DNA of 64,000 nt from Octopus vulgaris (Eukaryota). Where the stretch lies: positions 10,602,001 to 10,666,000 of the forward strand of contig OX597836.1 of NCBI GenBank assembly GCA_951406725.2, in the 5' to 3' direction. Positions 14,328 through 29,432 of the stretch are shown here, piece after piece. Below the pieces are notes generated by a model. That model was not told the origin of the DNA. It saw nothing but the letters and a program-made list of their open reading frames with translations, and made no database searches. The stretch's first letter is position 1; the number at the start of each line of letters is the position of its first letter. Both the position numbers and the translations under genes were made by a program.

Positions 14328-15739
14328 TGTATGTACGAATGAATGTATGTATGTGTATATGCGTGTGTATATGTATGTATGCATGCGTGTAATGTATGCA
14401 TGTATGTATATGTGTGTATGTTTATTTGTAGATATCTGTTTGTGCGTGTGGATATATGTGTGTATTTGTGAGTGTGTATATATATGCATATATATACGTG
14501 TGTGTGCGTGTGCGTGCGCGTGAGTTTGTCCCTTACCGGTGTTGTTTTGTTTTCGTCTCCATAACTTACCGGTTCGGCAAAAGCAACCTATAGAATAAAT
14601 ATCAGATTGTGAAAAAACAAAAACAAAAACAAAAAAAATCAGCAACAACAATAAAAGACGTACCCAGGGGACCGATTCGTTCTACTTAATATCCTTTCAA
14701 GGCGGTGCTCCAACATGGCCGCAAGTCTAAAAAAGTGAAACAAAGAAGAGATAAAAGATACAAAAAAATTATAGAAAAAAAAGCTAAAAAGAAAACATAT
14801 TTTCTTGTGAATTATAACACGAACATCCTGATGCGAAATTCTTCTGTTTATTCTTTTACGATGCTGGCAAGTTGCCGCGAACAGCTTTCTGGTCGTTGAT
14901 GAGTTTTGTGTGTAAACGAGGCGGGGTGGAGGTTGAGGAATTTATCTCACACAGTTTAGTGGTTTTTCTTCAAAGGGTATTTTAAGTTTCATTCAGATAT
15001 ATAGCACAAAGCACAACAGATTCTTAGCTTTATTTATACAGGGTGTTAAAAAAAAAAGTCTCTTCGCAGTGAATTTTTTTCTTCCTGCGCAGGCGCAAGA
15101 CACTTGCCTTGAGCAAGACACTTTATTTCACGTTGCTCCAGTCCACTCAGCTGGCAAAAGTGAGTAGTACCTGTATTTCAAAGGGCCAGCCTTGTCACAC
15201 TTTGCGTCACGCTGAATCTCCCTGCGAACTATGTTAGGGGTACGCGTGTCTGTGGAGTACTCAGTCACTTGCGTTGACAGGCCGGGTGTCAGCCGTTGTC
15301 CCTCAGTCATTCTGTACCCTTTAGCGTGTCGACATGCTAACCATTGAATAACGTATATTCTTTTGTAGTCTTATATAAAGCCCTTGTGGCCAATAAAAGA
15401 ATTAATTATTACAGTAATCTCCCGACTATCGGGGGAGTTACGTTCCCAAACCCCCAGCGATAGGTGAAAATCCGGGAAGTAGAAACAGTACTGTACTGTA
15501 CTCTTTACTCTTTTACTTGTTTCAGTCATGTGACTGCGGCCATACTGGGACACCGCCTTTAGTCGAGCAAATCGACCCCAGGACTTATTCTTTGGAAGCC
15601 TAGTACTCATTCCTTCGGTCTCCTTTGCCGAACCGCTACGTTATGGGGACGTAAACACACCAGCATCGGTTGTCAAGTGATGATGGTGGGACAAACACAG
15701 ACACACACACATAAATATTTACACACACACATACACACG

Positions 15740-15782
<43 letters not shown>

Positions 15783-16128
15783 GACGTACCAAATCCACTC
15801 ATAAGGTTTTGGTCTGCCCGAAGCTGTAGTAGAAGACACTTACCCAAGGCTTCACGCAGTGGGACTGAACCCGGAACCATGTGGTTGGGAAGCAAGCTTC
15901 TTACCACACAGCCACTCCTACGCCTATATATCATCATCCTTCATCATTTCAAATCCGGGTTTTGTCCCCGTTATAGGAGGTAGCCGGATCTCCCTCAATG
16001 CCAGAGTATCAATCCCACTGCGTCGCACCTTGTGCAAATGTCTCTCTGATTATAGCTCAGGGCCAACCTGAGCCTTGTGAGTGGGTTTGGTTGACGGAAA
16101 CAGAAACACACTCACGCGCGCGCGCGTG

Positions 16129-16254
<126 letters not shown>

Positions 16255-16279
16255 TGTTTATATATATATATATATGCAT

Positions 16280-16314
<35 letters not shown>

Positions 16315-16407
16315 TGTATAAATGTATATGTATGTATATATTTATATATACGTATGTATATATAATATATATTAATGTGTATATATATATATATTTGTAT
16401 GTATGTA

Positions 16408-16459
<52 letters not shown>

Positions 16460-16526
16460 GTATATTAATGTATATATCAATGTGTATATATAAATATATA
16501 TATTTGTATATGTATGTATCTATCTA

Positions 16527-16620
<94 letters not shown>

Positions 16621-16911
16621 AAATTTTCACAGCCCCCATATGCATTTAATGAGTCATGTATGTATAATGTTATTTCTGCCCGTTAATATACACGCTGACC
16701 TTTGAGAAAGGAACCAAATCTCAAGCAGAGTTGATAAACTGGGCTGTCATTTCGATATTTGGAAAAGGTCAAAGGGCAATATCCGTCTTACCGAACCTCT
16801 TCTAAATGCTTCTCTTTTGTCGCTCATCAAAATGTATCTGTTTCTACTCCGTCTCAAATCCATCATTCCATTACTTTTGGTTTGCCAGCTTCTGGCTTTT
16901 AAGCGCTGTGA

Positions 16912-17103
16912 GTCTGTCTGTCTGTCTGACTGCCCGTCTGTCCGTCTGTCTGTCCTGTCTATCTGCTCTGTCTGTCTGTCTGTCTGTCTTTTTGTCTGTC
17001 TGTCTGTCTGTCTGTCCTCTCTCTCCCTCGTCTATCTGTCTATCCATCTATCTATCCTTTCTATCTATCTATCCATCTATCTATCCTTTCTATCTATCTA
17101 TCC

Positions 17104-17161
<58 letters not shown>

Positions 17162-17177
17162 TCTATCTATCTATCTT

Positions 17178-17264
<87 letters not shown>

Positions 17265-17329
17265 GTCTGTCTGTCTGTCTGTCTGTCCTCTCTCTCCTTG
17301 TCTATCTATCTATCCATCTATCTATCCTT

Positions 17330-17390
<61 letters not shown>

Positions 17391-17430
17391 AAATCTGTCT
17401 GTCTGTCTGTCTTTCTGTCTGTCTGTCTGT
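16912..17430. repeat. (TCTG)n/(TCTA)n tetranucleotide array
   Basis: Directly visible; similar (TATC)n arrays at about 7300-7382 and 30947-31270. Confidence 0.95.
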
Positions 17431-17589
17431 CTATGTCGCTGTCCGCCGGTCTCTCTTTGTCTCTCTCTCTCTCTCTCTCACTTATACATACGTCCATACA
17501 TACATACATACATACATACATACATACATACATACACACTCGCATACATATACATACATACGGTTGAATCTGACATATGTAAATATTAC

Positions 17590-17629
<40 letters not shown>

Positions 17630-17765
17630 AGAGAGAGAAAGAGAGAGAGAGAGAAGGAGAGAGAGAGAGATAGTTCATTGTATGTATATTTAGTATGCAG
17701 AATGCTCCCCTGAGGCACTTTCCCTTAGATCTATTGTTGATGTAACACAACACACGCACACACAT

Positions 17766-17828
<63 letters not shown>

Positions 17829-19904
17829 CACACCACACACACACACACAACACACGTATTTAGGTAAATGGGGAATAGCTTTCCCTTCAAACATCGTACA
17901 TTTGCGTTTGATCGTTTTATTAAATGTTTTTTTCATAATTCCTTATCAGTACTTTGTTTAGTTTGGAAAAATACTGCTTCTAAATTAGTCTTCTGTTTCA
18001 ACTTTCTCAATCCCAATTTCAAAATAAACTGTTGTAATAACTGCGTGTAAGTGCGTTTTGCAATAAGCTGCAAAGGGTCTTGGGAATAATTTTGCAACTG
18101 ATAAAATCATCAACGCCGGAGTGAAAATTATATAACGGTAAATCCTGTAGATGTCACGATCTCAGGATATATCATTTTATGTGTGATTTATCCGTGTTAA
18201 ATTTAGATTTGTATTTTACTGTTGGTTAAAGCATTCATTATTATTATTATTTATTTTTTGTTGTGGAATTGCAGAAATCATAGTATTGCCCATTTGTATT
18301 TTTCTAGCCAGTTTTATTTTGTGTACTGCATTATAACGTGCAGAAAAAGTTGTGAATGCATAATCAACAGACGTGAAAGTGTTGTAGCTGTGTGGGATCT
18401 TTGCGGTTTCCGTTACGGATTTCGAAATTTTAAAATCAAGTGAAAATATTCAAATTTAGTATATTGATGTAATTTTTTCATGCCGATCCAGAATTTTGGA
18501 TCCATTTATCACCACCACCCCACCGATAAAAAAAAATGAGTAAAATGTTACAGAAGTTCAAATTTCATAATCGGAAGCTGGCATTTTCTGCATGATAGCT
18601 GTCTGTCACAAAATGACAGACATACATAAGATACGTACAAAATGATACCGCTCGTCAAAACTTGTGATGGTGAAAGTCTCAACTTGTTACTATGGAAACA
18701 GAGACACCAATGTGAGATTTACGGTCATGTGTATAATTGTGGCTTTCGATTGGCTAAAATTATCACCCCATATTTGCTGATTTTAAAAGCTGTTAACTTT
18801 TTATTTATCGGTTCATGTCAAAAATGAATTTCATTTTCATAATTAACATGCAAAACTAAATCGGTATAACTAAATTTGAAAACGATTAGAACAAAATTGA
18901 AAATATACGATACCTGTAATTGCAACCGAACAGATCCATTGTCTGTCGGAGTCTTGAAGTTTACAAAGCACCACCATCATCCACCACCACCACCACCACC
19001 ACCACAACCTCCACAACCTCCACCACCACCACCATCGCCACCACCACCACCAAAACCACCACCACCACCACCACCACCACCAAAACACCACCACCACCAC
19101 CACCACCACCACCACCACCACCACCACCACCAAAACCACCACCAAAACCACCACCACCACCACCACCACCACCAAAACCACCACCACCACCACCACCACC
19201 ACTAAAACCACCACCACCACCACCACCGCCACCACCGCCACCACCGCCACCACCAACACCACCAACACCACCATCACCACCACCAAAACCACCCACCACC
19301 ACCACCACCACCATCACCAATCCATAGAGGGTGTCTTATGCTGACTGAAATGTTCAGGCATCTTTAGTACTTAAACGAGTATATTTTTCTCGACGGCAAA
19401 CTTTTGTAAAAAAAGCACTTTACAGTTTCAAATATATCTCAGACCTATTTGAACTGGTCTAAAGTTTGTTTATTTTCCGTTACTTACCCAAATATCATAC
19501 TGCACTTACCCAGATATATCATATTGTACTTACCCAGATATATCAGGCACTTACCCAGATATCCTATTTACGTTGAAATTTGTATTTTTCATCGGTTGTC
19601 TGAAATACGTCCTGTGGTCTGCTAGTTTTGTGTTTTTTTTATCTTAATAAAGGATATTTTTTTCATGTTGGTGTTAGAGTAATATATATTTATTTATGAG
19701 TTTGTGGTTAGGCGTGGCTTTGTGAGTTTATTTTAAAGTGATATATTCATCCATTTTAAAACCACTGAGCATCTGGTTCTTATCGTAAACGATATATGCA
19801 GTCCGTGTGTTTTTAGTGAGTGTTGCATCTCATTTATTAGCGTGTGTGAATCCGGTTTTGTATTTTTACAAGACGGTATCTACAAATTTATTAACGTAGC
19901 CTCT

Positions 19905-20312
19905 CTTGAAGCTCCTGGCAAAGAGGATCGATGACTTCCTTAGCAGAGCCTTGAGAACCATCGAGAACATCTGATTGTACCATCACCTTCCCAACGAAGG
20001 ACATCGCATGCACTGGTACGGACATGTCCTCTATATCCCGCTAGATCATCCTACCAGGGCTTTGATCTCATTCGACGCAGTAGCTGCAGACTGGAAGTGG
20101 CCTCATGTCAGGCCCTGTAACAAATGGTTGTACGTGATTGGGAAAGATCTCCAGAAACTCATCGTTACTTTAGAGGATGCTGAGGGACTGGCACAGGACT
20201 GCCAGCGATAGAGAACACTGGTGGACATGCTCGGATATACACATGATAACGTCTCTGGGACCACTAATCTGCGATGAACCCAGCTTTATCAAGCAAGGGC
20301 ATGAAGCGAAGC
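19905..20312 (+). mobile_element. decayed RTE-like LINE 3' fragment
   Basis: 'R..WYGHVL.IP.DHPTR...WK.P..RP..KW..VI.KDL...AQD' with in-frame stops. Confidence 0.8.
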
Positions 20313-21035
20313 GGCCTATTATTAACTAATGTCCGTTTTACGCGTAAAGCTTTATTGAAAAAATCTTTAACATCTTTTTGCGGTCACTTTTGTCTGATTT
20401 TAATGTTTACAACGTTTACCTTAATCTTCTGTTATGTCTCTTTTATATTTTGTATAACCAAACTTTACTCATGAGGTGAACTTTTGCGAATATCTCTACT
20501 TTTTAAATGAGATCGTAATTTTTATTAGGATGTGATATTACTCAGCTATACATAATTCACATTGTTCCGTTCCGTTCCAGAATGATATACTCCGCTTAAC
20601 AACGGATCAGTTGAGATTCAAATTGTCAATATAATTTTCTTTCAGTTGCCAAGCTACAGCATCGTACACGTTTCATTCTCCATATGTGCCTTTATGTGTG
20701 AGCGTGTATATATATATATATATGGTCTCCGTGTATGTATTTATGTGTTTCTGTGTTTATAGATGTGTGTGTGTATGGCCTAGTGTCTAGGGAGAATGCA
20801 CTCGCGATCACAAAATCGTGAACAAACTGCTTCATTTCAAGTTGCTCCAATCCATTCAGCAGCAAAGGGGTAAAACTGCAACTGACTGGCATTGCGTTTA
20901 GGGGTCACTTGGCACTCAGGAGCCTAGCCACCAGGGTGGCATCATTCGAAAGCTAAAACAACACGAAGCGCATTCTGACCAATAATGTATACCTTCCAGT
21001 AGTCTGGTCCATGCAGCGATTCAGCGCTACATGCG

Positions 21036-21067
<32 letters not shown>

Positions 21068-21804
21068 GATACGCATATACACACATGTATATATAATTAC
21101 ATACACACATATATACAAACAGAAATATATAAACATACACACACACACACATATATATATATTCACACATATACATATATATATATATATATGTATACAT
21201 GCGCATATAGACAAATATGCACGCACACACATATTGGTTGTACTTGTAAATTTTTTATGTGTGTATTGTAATCTCTACTGATTACTTTCGCGAATACAGT
21301 ATTTTAAAATCTCTTGCGTAATTTCAGCAAAGCAGAAAAATTGAAAAGTAACATTGTATTAACTTTAAAGGACTATATCATGTCATACATATATTTATCT
21401 AATTTTCCATTGCTATAGAGCACTTTTGTTTTTGTTATATATTTATGAGAGAGACAGCAGAAATGATTGATGTATATCCTTGTGCATATATCTAGCTGCC
21501 ACTACCAAACTACCTATATATATATATGCATATAAACGCACCCTCCAGTTACACACACATAGTCATTTGTTTATGCTCTATACGTACGTACGTGTGTGTG
21601 TGTTTTGTTAAGGAGGCAATGCTATTAATTTAAAGATGAGAGAGTGAAGAAATTGGTGAGGAGGCATGAGATGAAAGATGGAGGAGGGGTGAAGAGGGGG
21701 TAAGAAATGATAACATGGATGTACCCGGGACTTCTCAAGGGGGTAGAGGGAGGATGTTATCACAACGTTTGTTATTTTTATTTTTGTGCGAAGCTTGAGT
21801 AGCA

Positions 21805-21872
<68 letters not shown>

Positions 21873-22001
21873 GTGAAAGAGAGGGAGAGAGGGAGAGCGA
21901 GAGAGAGAGGTTGGAAAGAAAGCGGCTCGGCTGACTGTGTGGTAATATAGATTCTGTGTGTATGCTTATATGAGTCTATCTCTATGTAAGTATCTATATG
22001 G

Positions 22002-22041
<40 letters not shown>

Positions 22042-22105
22042 GTGTTATGGGTTGTGAAAACATAAGGTGAAAACGTGTGCACGTGTGTGTATGCATGCGT
22101 GACTA

Positions 22106-22143
<38 letters not shown>

Positions 22144-22146
22144 TAA

Positions 22147-22221
<75 letters not shown>

Positions 22222-22803
22222 AATATATTCTAGAATTTTTTCTGATAGTGTATTTGTTTAGGCTTCGGTCAGCTATCATTAAGCATGTCTATGATCAAAA
22301 GTATGCCCGTCCCATCCATGGCCACCCAGACTGTGTCGGCAGAGGAAGGCCTACATTATCCAATATGTATTTTTCCATTATTAATACCAAGCCAAATGCG
22401 GCGAGCTGGCAGAATCGTTAGTACATCTGGCGAAATGCTTAGCAGTATTTCGTCTGCTGCTACGTTCTGAGTTCAAATTCTGCCGAGGTCGACTTTGCCT
22501 TTCATCCTTCCAGGGTCGATGAAATAAGTAACAGTCAATGGATCTAGTTTGTTTAGTTGCCAGTATTTCGATTCCCGGACCGGGAAATGAGCCACTTCAT
22601 TTCCCGTTGCCCCAGTCCACACAGCTGCAAATGGGTCACCATGCGACGGATTAGCCTTCCAGTCAGGGTGGAGGAGGGTAGGGGTGGATGTTGGCCTGCT
22701 CGCCCAGCCAGCGGGGTGGCATCATTTGAAAGCTAAAACGATGCAAAGCGCATTGTGACCAGCGACGTATTACATCCAAGTAGTCTGGTCGATAACCTGA
22801 TAC

Positions 22804-22847
<44 letters not shown>

Positions 22848-23105
22848 AATGCACCCTTTTAAAGCCTAGCCAGGCTCATGGGCCCGGTTTCCCGGTTTCT
22901 ATGGCGCATGTGTTCCCAGCTGGACGGGACGCCAGTCCATCGCAGCGTTACTCATTTTTGTAAGCCGAGTGGACTGGAGCAACGTGGAATGAAGTCACAA
23001 TCATACATACGATCAGGATGCTGACACCCTAACCACTAAGCCAAGCGCCTCCACACACACACACACACACATATATACACATATATACATACATACATAC
23101 ATACA

Positions 23106-23142
<37 letters not shown>

Positions 23143-23179
23143 ATATATATATATACATACATACATACATGTATATACA

Positions 23180-23235
<56 letters not shown>

Positions 23236-23295
23236 TATTACATATATATATATATACATATATATACATATATTAATATATACATACATACATAC

Positions 23296-23352
<57 letters not shown>

Positions 23353-24128
23353 TATACATATATTAATATATACATACATACATACATATGTATATATATA
23401 TATATATATATATATTTCACAAACGCATGTGTGTGCTTGTGTGTTTGTATGTGTGTGTGTGTGTTTGTATTTGTTTATGTGTGTGTACATGTGTGTGTAT
23501 GTGTGCGTGTATGTGATTGTGTGTCACGTGCCATCAAAATTGACGGTACAAAACGCCATTTAATAAATGCATCGGTATAACACACATGCCATATATTACA
23601 ATATAGACTTTTATTAGAATAATAATTTGATTTTCATTGAAAACAACTTGAATGATTGAATCTAAAGAGAAATAGACTCGAGGAAAAGTTCATAAAGTTT
23701 TACTGAAATCGTTTGAGTAAGTTATTGAGGTGAAAACAATAAAAACGTCTTTATTTGATTGTTGGCTTTTCTTCCGACTAATATTTTATGAAATCGCTGG
23801 CGTGGCTGCCCAGCAAAACATGACAGCGACTTACAGATATAACCGCTATTTAGACTATTATTCAAAGATGGTAAGGCGGTAAGCTGGCTGAGGTGTTAGC
23901 ACGGCGCGCAAAATCTTTTGCGGCATTTCGTCCGTCTTTACGTTCTGAGTTCAGATTCGACGGAGGTCGACTTTGCCTTTCATCATTTCGGGGTCGATAA
24001 ATTCCTCCACCAAATTTCAGGCCTTTTACCTATAGTAGAAAAGATTATTATTATTATTATTATGATTATTATTGAGTGAGTGAGAGAGCAGTGCATGCCA
24101 TCAAAGTGACACTGGGGTAAAATATACG

Positions 24129-24355
24129 TATTTCTTTACTACTCACAAGGGGCTAAACACAGAGGGGACAAACAAGGACAGACATAGGTATTAAGTCAAT
24201 TACATCGACCCCAGTGCGTAACTGGTACATAATTTATCGACCCCGAAAGGATGAAAGGCAAAGTCGACCTCGGCGGAATTTGAACTCACAGCGTAACGGC
24301 AGACGAAATACGGCTAAGCATTTCGCCCGGCGTGCCAACGTTTCTGCCAGCTCGC
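24129..24355 (-). mobile_element. family A SINE nested in an older repeat
   Basis: 17-bp TSD CTGGGGTAAAATATACG at 24112-24128 and 24356-24372. Confidence 0.9.
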
Positions 24356-25414
24356 CTGGGGTAAAATATACGAAGCCCAGTATACCCCTCATGACTACCC
24401 GTCTGATAAGGGTCACCAGGCACATGCATCACAACCATATGTGCGCAACATGGTGATCTCATATCAAGATAAACAGCGCATGACGTTGCTCTAACAACAA
24501 GGCCACGTGCCTCCACATATAATACATATATAAATTATTTCTTTCTGCGTTTCATAGGTTGTCTGCCCGTGTGTGCATATATTTCTCACCCCTGATTCTT
24601 TTTATTTCTTACCAATAAATTGCATCCCGCTTCTCTAAATTTCCACCTCTGTTTTCCTTCCGATTTCCATCGATTCTTTCGGCCCAAAAGCTGTCTAATA
24701 TTGCCCTTATCACAAACTTCTACTCTTTCTCATACCAAACTATTATCTCCCCACCCCGTCTCATCATCACATGCTTTCCCTCTATGTCCTCGTTTTCGCT
24801 TGCTTCGTTCACTGTCTTTACCCAACCACTCGCAACCAACCACTTTCTCCTCGTTCTGCAAGTGGTTTGTGTACACTGAGAGCGAAAACTAGAGCAACAA
24901 CCTTGAGCGCAATGATTACTGAAGCAAGCAAGCATCGCCGCGAACACACTACCCCCAACACCAGCAATCTATACATGGTTAATAACACAAGGCCAAGAAC
25001 AACGCCTTTACTGTACCATCGATCCTGCTTAGTCATAATGAGGTAATAGTCACAATATATCAGGAAGATTAATATAGTAACATATTTATTCATTTTGTGT
25101 ATTATTTTGCGAACAACAACAGGTGTCGCTTGTCACGGGCCTCCAACGGTTAATTGCTGAGTCACTGTATTTACAAGGACGCGGGGGGTTGGGGGTTGGT
25201 AGCTGAGTGTTGTGCACTTATGCAATAGTGTTTTTATTCGAAAGTGCGAGCTTTGTAATCAAAAAGCCGATGATGATGATGATGATGTTATTGAGAATAT
25301 TGTCATTGTTATTTAGCCCATGGCCTGGTCTAATCTCGTGCAGCTATTCTTAGACGCGTTCAACTTGTAGCCATCACACCTTGTTATTAGTCACTGGCTA
25401 CATTATTTAATGTG

Positions 25415-25741
25415 AGGGCGCGTGGCTTAGTGGTTAGGGGCATTCGACTCACGATTGTAAGGTCGTGAGTTCGATTCTTGGCGACGCGTTGTGTCCTTGA
25501 GCAAGACACTTTATTTCACGTTGCTCCAGTCCACTCAGCTGGCAAAAATGAGATGTACCTGTATTTCAAAGGGCCAACCATGTCACACTTTGTGTCACGC
25601 TGAATCTCCCTGCGAACTATGTTAGGGGTACGCGTGTCTGTGGAGTACTCAGCCACTTGCACGTAAATTTCATGAGCAGGCTGTTCCGTTGATCGTATCA
25701 GCTGGGACCCTCGTCGTCGTAACCGACGGAGTGCTCCAATG
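25415..25741 (+). mobile_element. family B tRNA-derived CORE-like SINE with TSD
   Basis: A box TGGCTTAGTGG, B box GAGTTCGATTC, CORE-like GTGTCCTTGAGCAAGACACT; 14-bp TSD CATTATTTAATGTG at 25401-25414 and 25742-25755. Relatives at about 5025-5365 (+), 33628-33950 (-) and 15110-15275. Confidence 0.88.
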
Positions 25742-26126
25742 CATTATTTAATGTGGTTGAGGCGGCGCGCTCGCAGTAACAAAAAAAAAATGCTGAACAG
25801 CTTTTCGCCTGTCCTTACGTTCTGAGCTCAAATTCCGCCGAGGTCGACTTTGCCATTCATCCTTTTGAGGTCGATAAATTAAGTATCAGTTGAGTGCTGG
25901 GGTCAATGTAATCGACTGGTCCCTACCCCCAAAATTTCAGGCCTTGTACCTATAGCTGAAAGGATTATATAATGTGGCTTATTTCATTAAAACACTAAGG
26001 GATGTGATTTGAGGGAGATTGGGTTGCTGCTTCTAGCAGGTCGATCGTCTGTGTAGAGGCACCATCGTTTGATTGTAATGACAATATAAATGCTGTTACT
26101 GTGGTTGTTGTTGTTGTCGTCGTCTT

Positions 26127-26157
<31 letters not shown>

Positions 26158-26199
26158 ACCATCCTGGGGTACAGAGGATTCGCAATCTAGACTAGGGTC

Positions 26200-26446
26200 T
26201 GAAAGTTTTACCACCCCATAGTGGGTTACACTACAGTTCTTCTGCTTTGTGACAGAAGTAAGAAGAAAGAGCGAGGGTAAATTGTGGTGAAAGAGTGCAG
26301 CGGGGGTTCACCACCACCCCCGCCGGAGCATCGTGGAGCTTAGGTGTTTTCGCTCAATAAACATTCACAATGCCCGGTCTGGGAATCGAAACCGCGTTCT
26401 CACGACCGCGAGTCCGCTGCCCTAACCACTGGGCCATTGCGCCTCC
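26200..26446 (-). mobile_element. family E tRNA-derived SINE
   Basis: Head GGAGGCGCAATGGCCCAGTGGTTAGGGCAGCGGACTCGCGG...TTCGATTCCC; relatives at 50826-50987 (-) and about 39170-39430 (+). Confidence 0.8.
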
Positions 26447-26508
26447 ACTGCTGTTGTTGTTGTTGTTGTTGTTGTTGCTACTGTTGCTGCTGTTGGTATT
26501 GATGACAA

Positions 26509-26739
26509 GGTGGCGAGCTGGCAGAAACGTTAGCACGTCGGGCGAAATGCTTAGCAGTATTTCGTCTGCCGTTACGTTCTGAGTTCAAATTCCGCCGAGG
26601 TCGACTTTGCCTTTCATCCTTTCGGGGTCGATTAAATAAGTACCAGTTACGCACTGGGGTCGATATAATCGACTTGATCCGTTTGTCTGTCCTTGTTTGT
26701 CCCCTCTGTGTTTAGCCCCTTGTGGGTAGTAAAGAAATA
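26509..26739 (+). mobile_element. family A SINE, full length with TSD
   Basis: 14-bp TSD GGTATTGATGACAA at 26495-26508 and 26740-26753. Confidence 0.92.
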
Positions 26740-26801
26740 GGTATTGATGACAATGTTGATGATGATGATTGCGATGACGACTACGGTTTTGTATTTTCCA
26801 G

Positions 26802-26927
26802 GTTTCCTTCCATCCTTCCTGTTCTGGAAACTGAGTTCGTCGCTGAGAAAATAATTGAGGCTGTTTTGTGCAACCAGGAAGTTCTCTATGTTCCACGCAT
26901 CATTTATTTCATTTCGGCCGTAAAAGG
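26802..26927 (+). CDS. SDR16C-family dehydrogenase, penultimate exon
   Basis: ttttccAG acceptor, GG|GTAAGT donor, 126 nt, phase 2-2, in frame with the previous exon across a 13.9 kb intron. Encodes (R)FPSILPVLETEFVAEKIIEAVLCNQEVLYVPRIIYFISAVK(G). Confidence 0.93.
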
Positions 26928-27145
26928 GTAAGTTTTTCATTTTTTGTTTTCTATTCCCGACTGAATTATTGCAGTTATTTTTGTTGTTTAATCCCCAGAT
27001 CAGCTCCTGATCAAATAGATTTCAACCGTGGCCATCTTGTCTGTTCGCGCCCACTGTATCTTGGTCTAGAGATTCTACATGTTCCCTTTTCTATAAAAAA
27101 GCAGTAGACTGTAATTTGAAGAAGGTTTGCTTGTTACTTCTAGAG

Positions 27146-28020
27146 CAGGGATGGGGAAACCCCGCCCGCAGGAGCATTTGCGCACGCGAGCCCATTTTTA
27201 TTGTGCCCGCAGGCTTATATAGTCATATGTACAAAATATAGTAAATTTTTCAATCAAAATATTCGTATGCCTTTTTGCGACAAAGGTCGCGTTTCCACTA
27301 CGATAAAACGCTCAGAAACCGTCCGATAATTGCCATTTGAATGGAAATTTTGTTTTCACTATAAAACACATACCGTAAATCCTTGAGTATAACCCGCATT
27401 TCCCCCCCAAAATTTAAAGGTCAAAATCCTTAGTGCGTACTACGAGGTTAAAAATGAAAATTATTTTCTAAGCAATGTCCGAGTCGCTCTTTGCTGTCCG
27501 GCGATGTTTATTCAGACGCATTTTGTGATGTTGGGCGCGAAAATACCTTAAGCTAAGCCTGAAAGCGATGAAGTCATAAAAGAATCATCCATAACTTACA
27601 GTAAGCAACATTTATTAAACATTATTACTGTTATTTCTTTATTTTCTGCAAACAAAATGCACAAAAAAGTTACACGTTTGCATTATGTTATATATACAAT
27701 AATAATAAAGGACGTTACCGTATACAGTTTTACAAATCAAGGTCGTTATATAGACCTCCTTGATTCAAGTTAGAGAAGGGGTGCGTATTATACACAAGGT
27801 TTAGGTTTTTCAGAGGTACAGCCCCCTAAAAATCCCCTGCGTATACACATTTGCATTATGTTATATATACAATAATAATAAAGGACGTTACCGTATACAG
27901 TTTTACAAATCAAGGACGTTATATAGACCTCCTTGACTCAAGTTAGAGAAGGGGCGCGTATTATACACAAGGTTTAGGTTTTTCAGAGGTACAGCCCCCT
28001 AAAAATCCCTTGCGTATTGT
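27146..28020. mobile_element. nested DNA-transposon remnants with a 173-bp tandem duplication
   Basis: TTCTAGAG|CAGGGATGGGGAAAC is a hAT-like end at 27146; TACCGTAAATCCTTGAGTATAA is a pogo/Tc2-like end at 27371; direct repeat 27671-27843 / 27844-28016. Confidence 0.55.
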
Positions 28021-28132
28021 ACTTTGATCGTTCTAACCGGCCTTCAGCTGGTTTTCTGGTACTGTACAAACTCGGCTGTTCGATGGAATTGTCAAGTTTG
28101 TAAAATATAAACACACACACGGTCGGACACAC

Positions 28133-28168
<36 letters not shown>

Positions 28169-28268
28169 ACGAATAGAAATAGGTGCATATACGCATATAT
28201 ATAGAGAGAGAGACACATTCACACACACACACACACACATACAGACATACATATATGTCTGTTATCAT

Positions 28269-28326
<58 letters not shown>

Positions 28327-28362
28327 TACACACTCACATATATATATTATGTTATATGTATA

Positions 28363-28451
<89 letters not shown>

Positions 28452-28974
28452 GTATGTTATATGTATATATACACATACACACACACTGAGAACGTTTCCC
28501 TTTTATAAACATCATTAAAAAATATGATTTCGTAAAAAGAACAAAACAAAAATAAAACAAAACAAGATAAAAAAAGGCCACCGACCCACCCCGCCCTCTC
28601 CGATAAAAGCCATTTCAACAATCTCCTATATTTTTTGCCTATTATGGTTCCCTTTGTTCATAATGGGAATATTTCCACAGCGACTACCTTTGTTTACACT
28701 GGGAGTTTTCTGTTAGTTTACCACAACGTTTTCTATTGACGTTTTACGCTTGTTATGTGTCAATAACAACATGTTTTGGTTTTGAAGCCGAGCTACAATG
28801 GACGTGTGAACATTTGTATGCGGTAATACAATATGGCTGAGAAATGGGAAAGGGAAATACGTGATATATATATATATATATATAAAAAAAATAATACAAA
28901 CTTATGTTGTTTTTTTATTTTGAGTATTTGAGTAGTGCAAAAAACGCTTGGATCAAAAGCGCTCGTAATGTTTC

Positions 28975-29432
<458 letters not shown>

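Noticed and set aside
18876-19327. Poly-Pro/His/Thr ORFs resembling extensin or formin (also 5848-6325 and 12074-12541)
   Set aside because: Pure (CAC)n/(CAT)n repeats open in most frames, with no splice or domain context.
25415-25490. tRNA genes
   Set aside because: A and B boxes are present, but there is no complete cloverleaf and they continue into SINE bodies.
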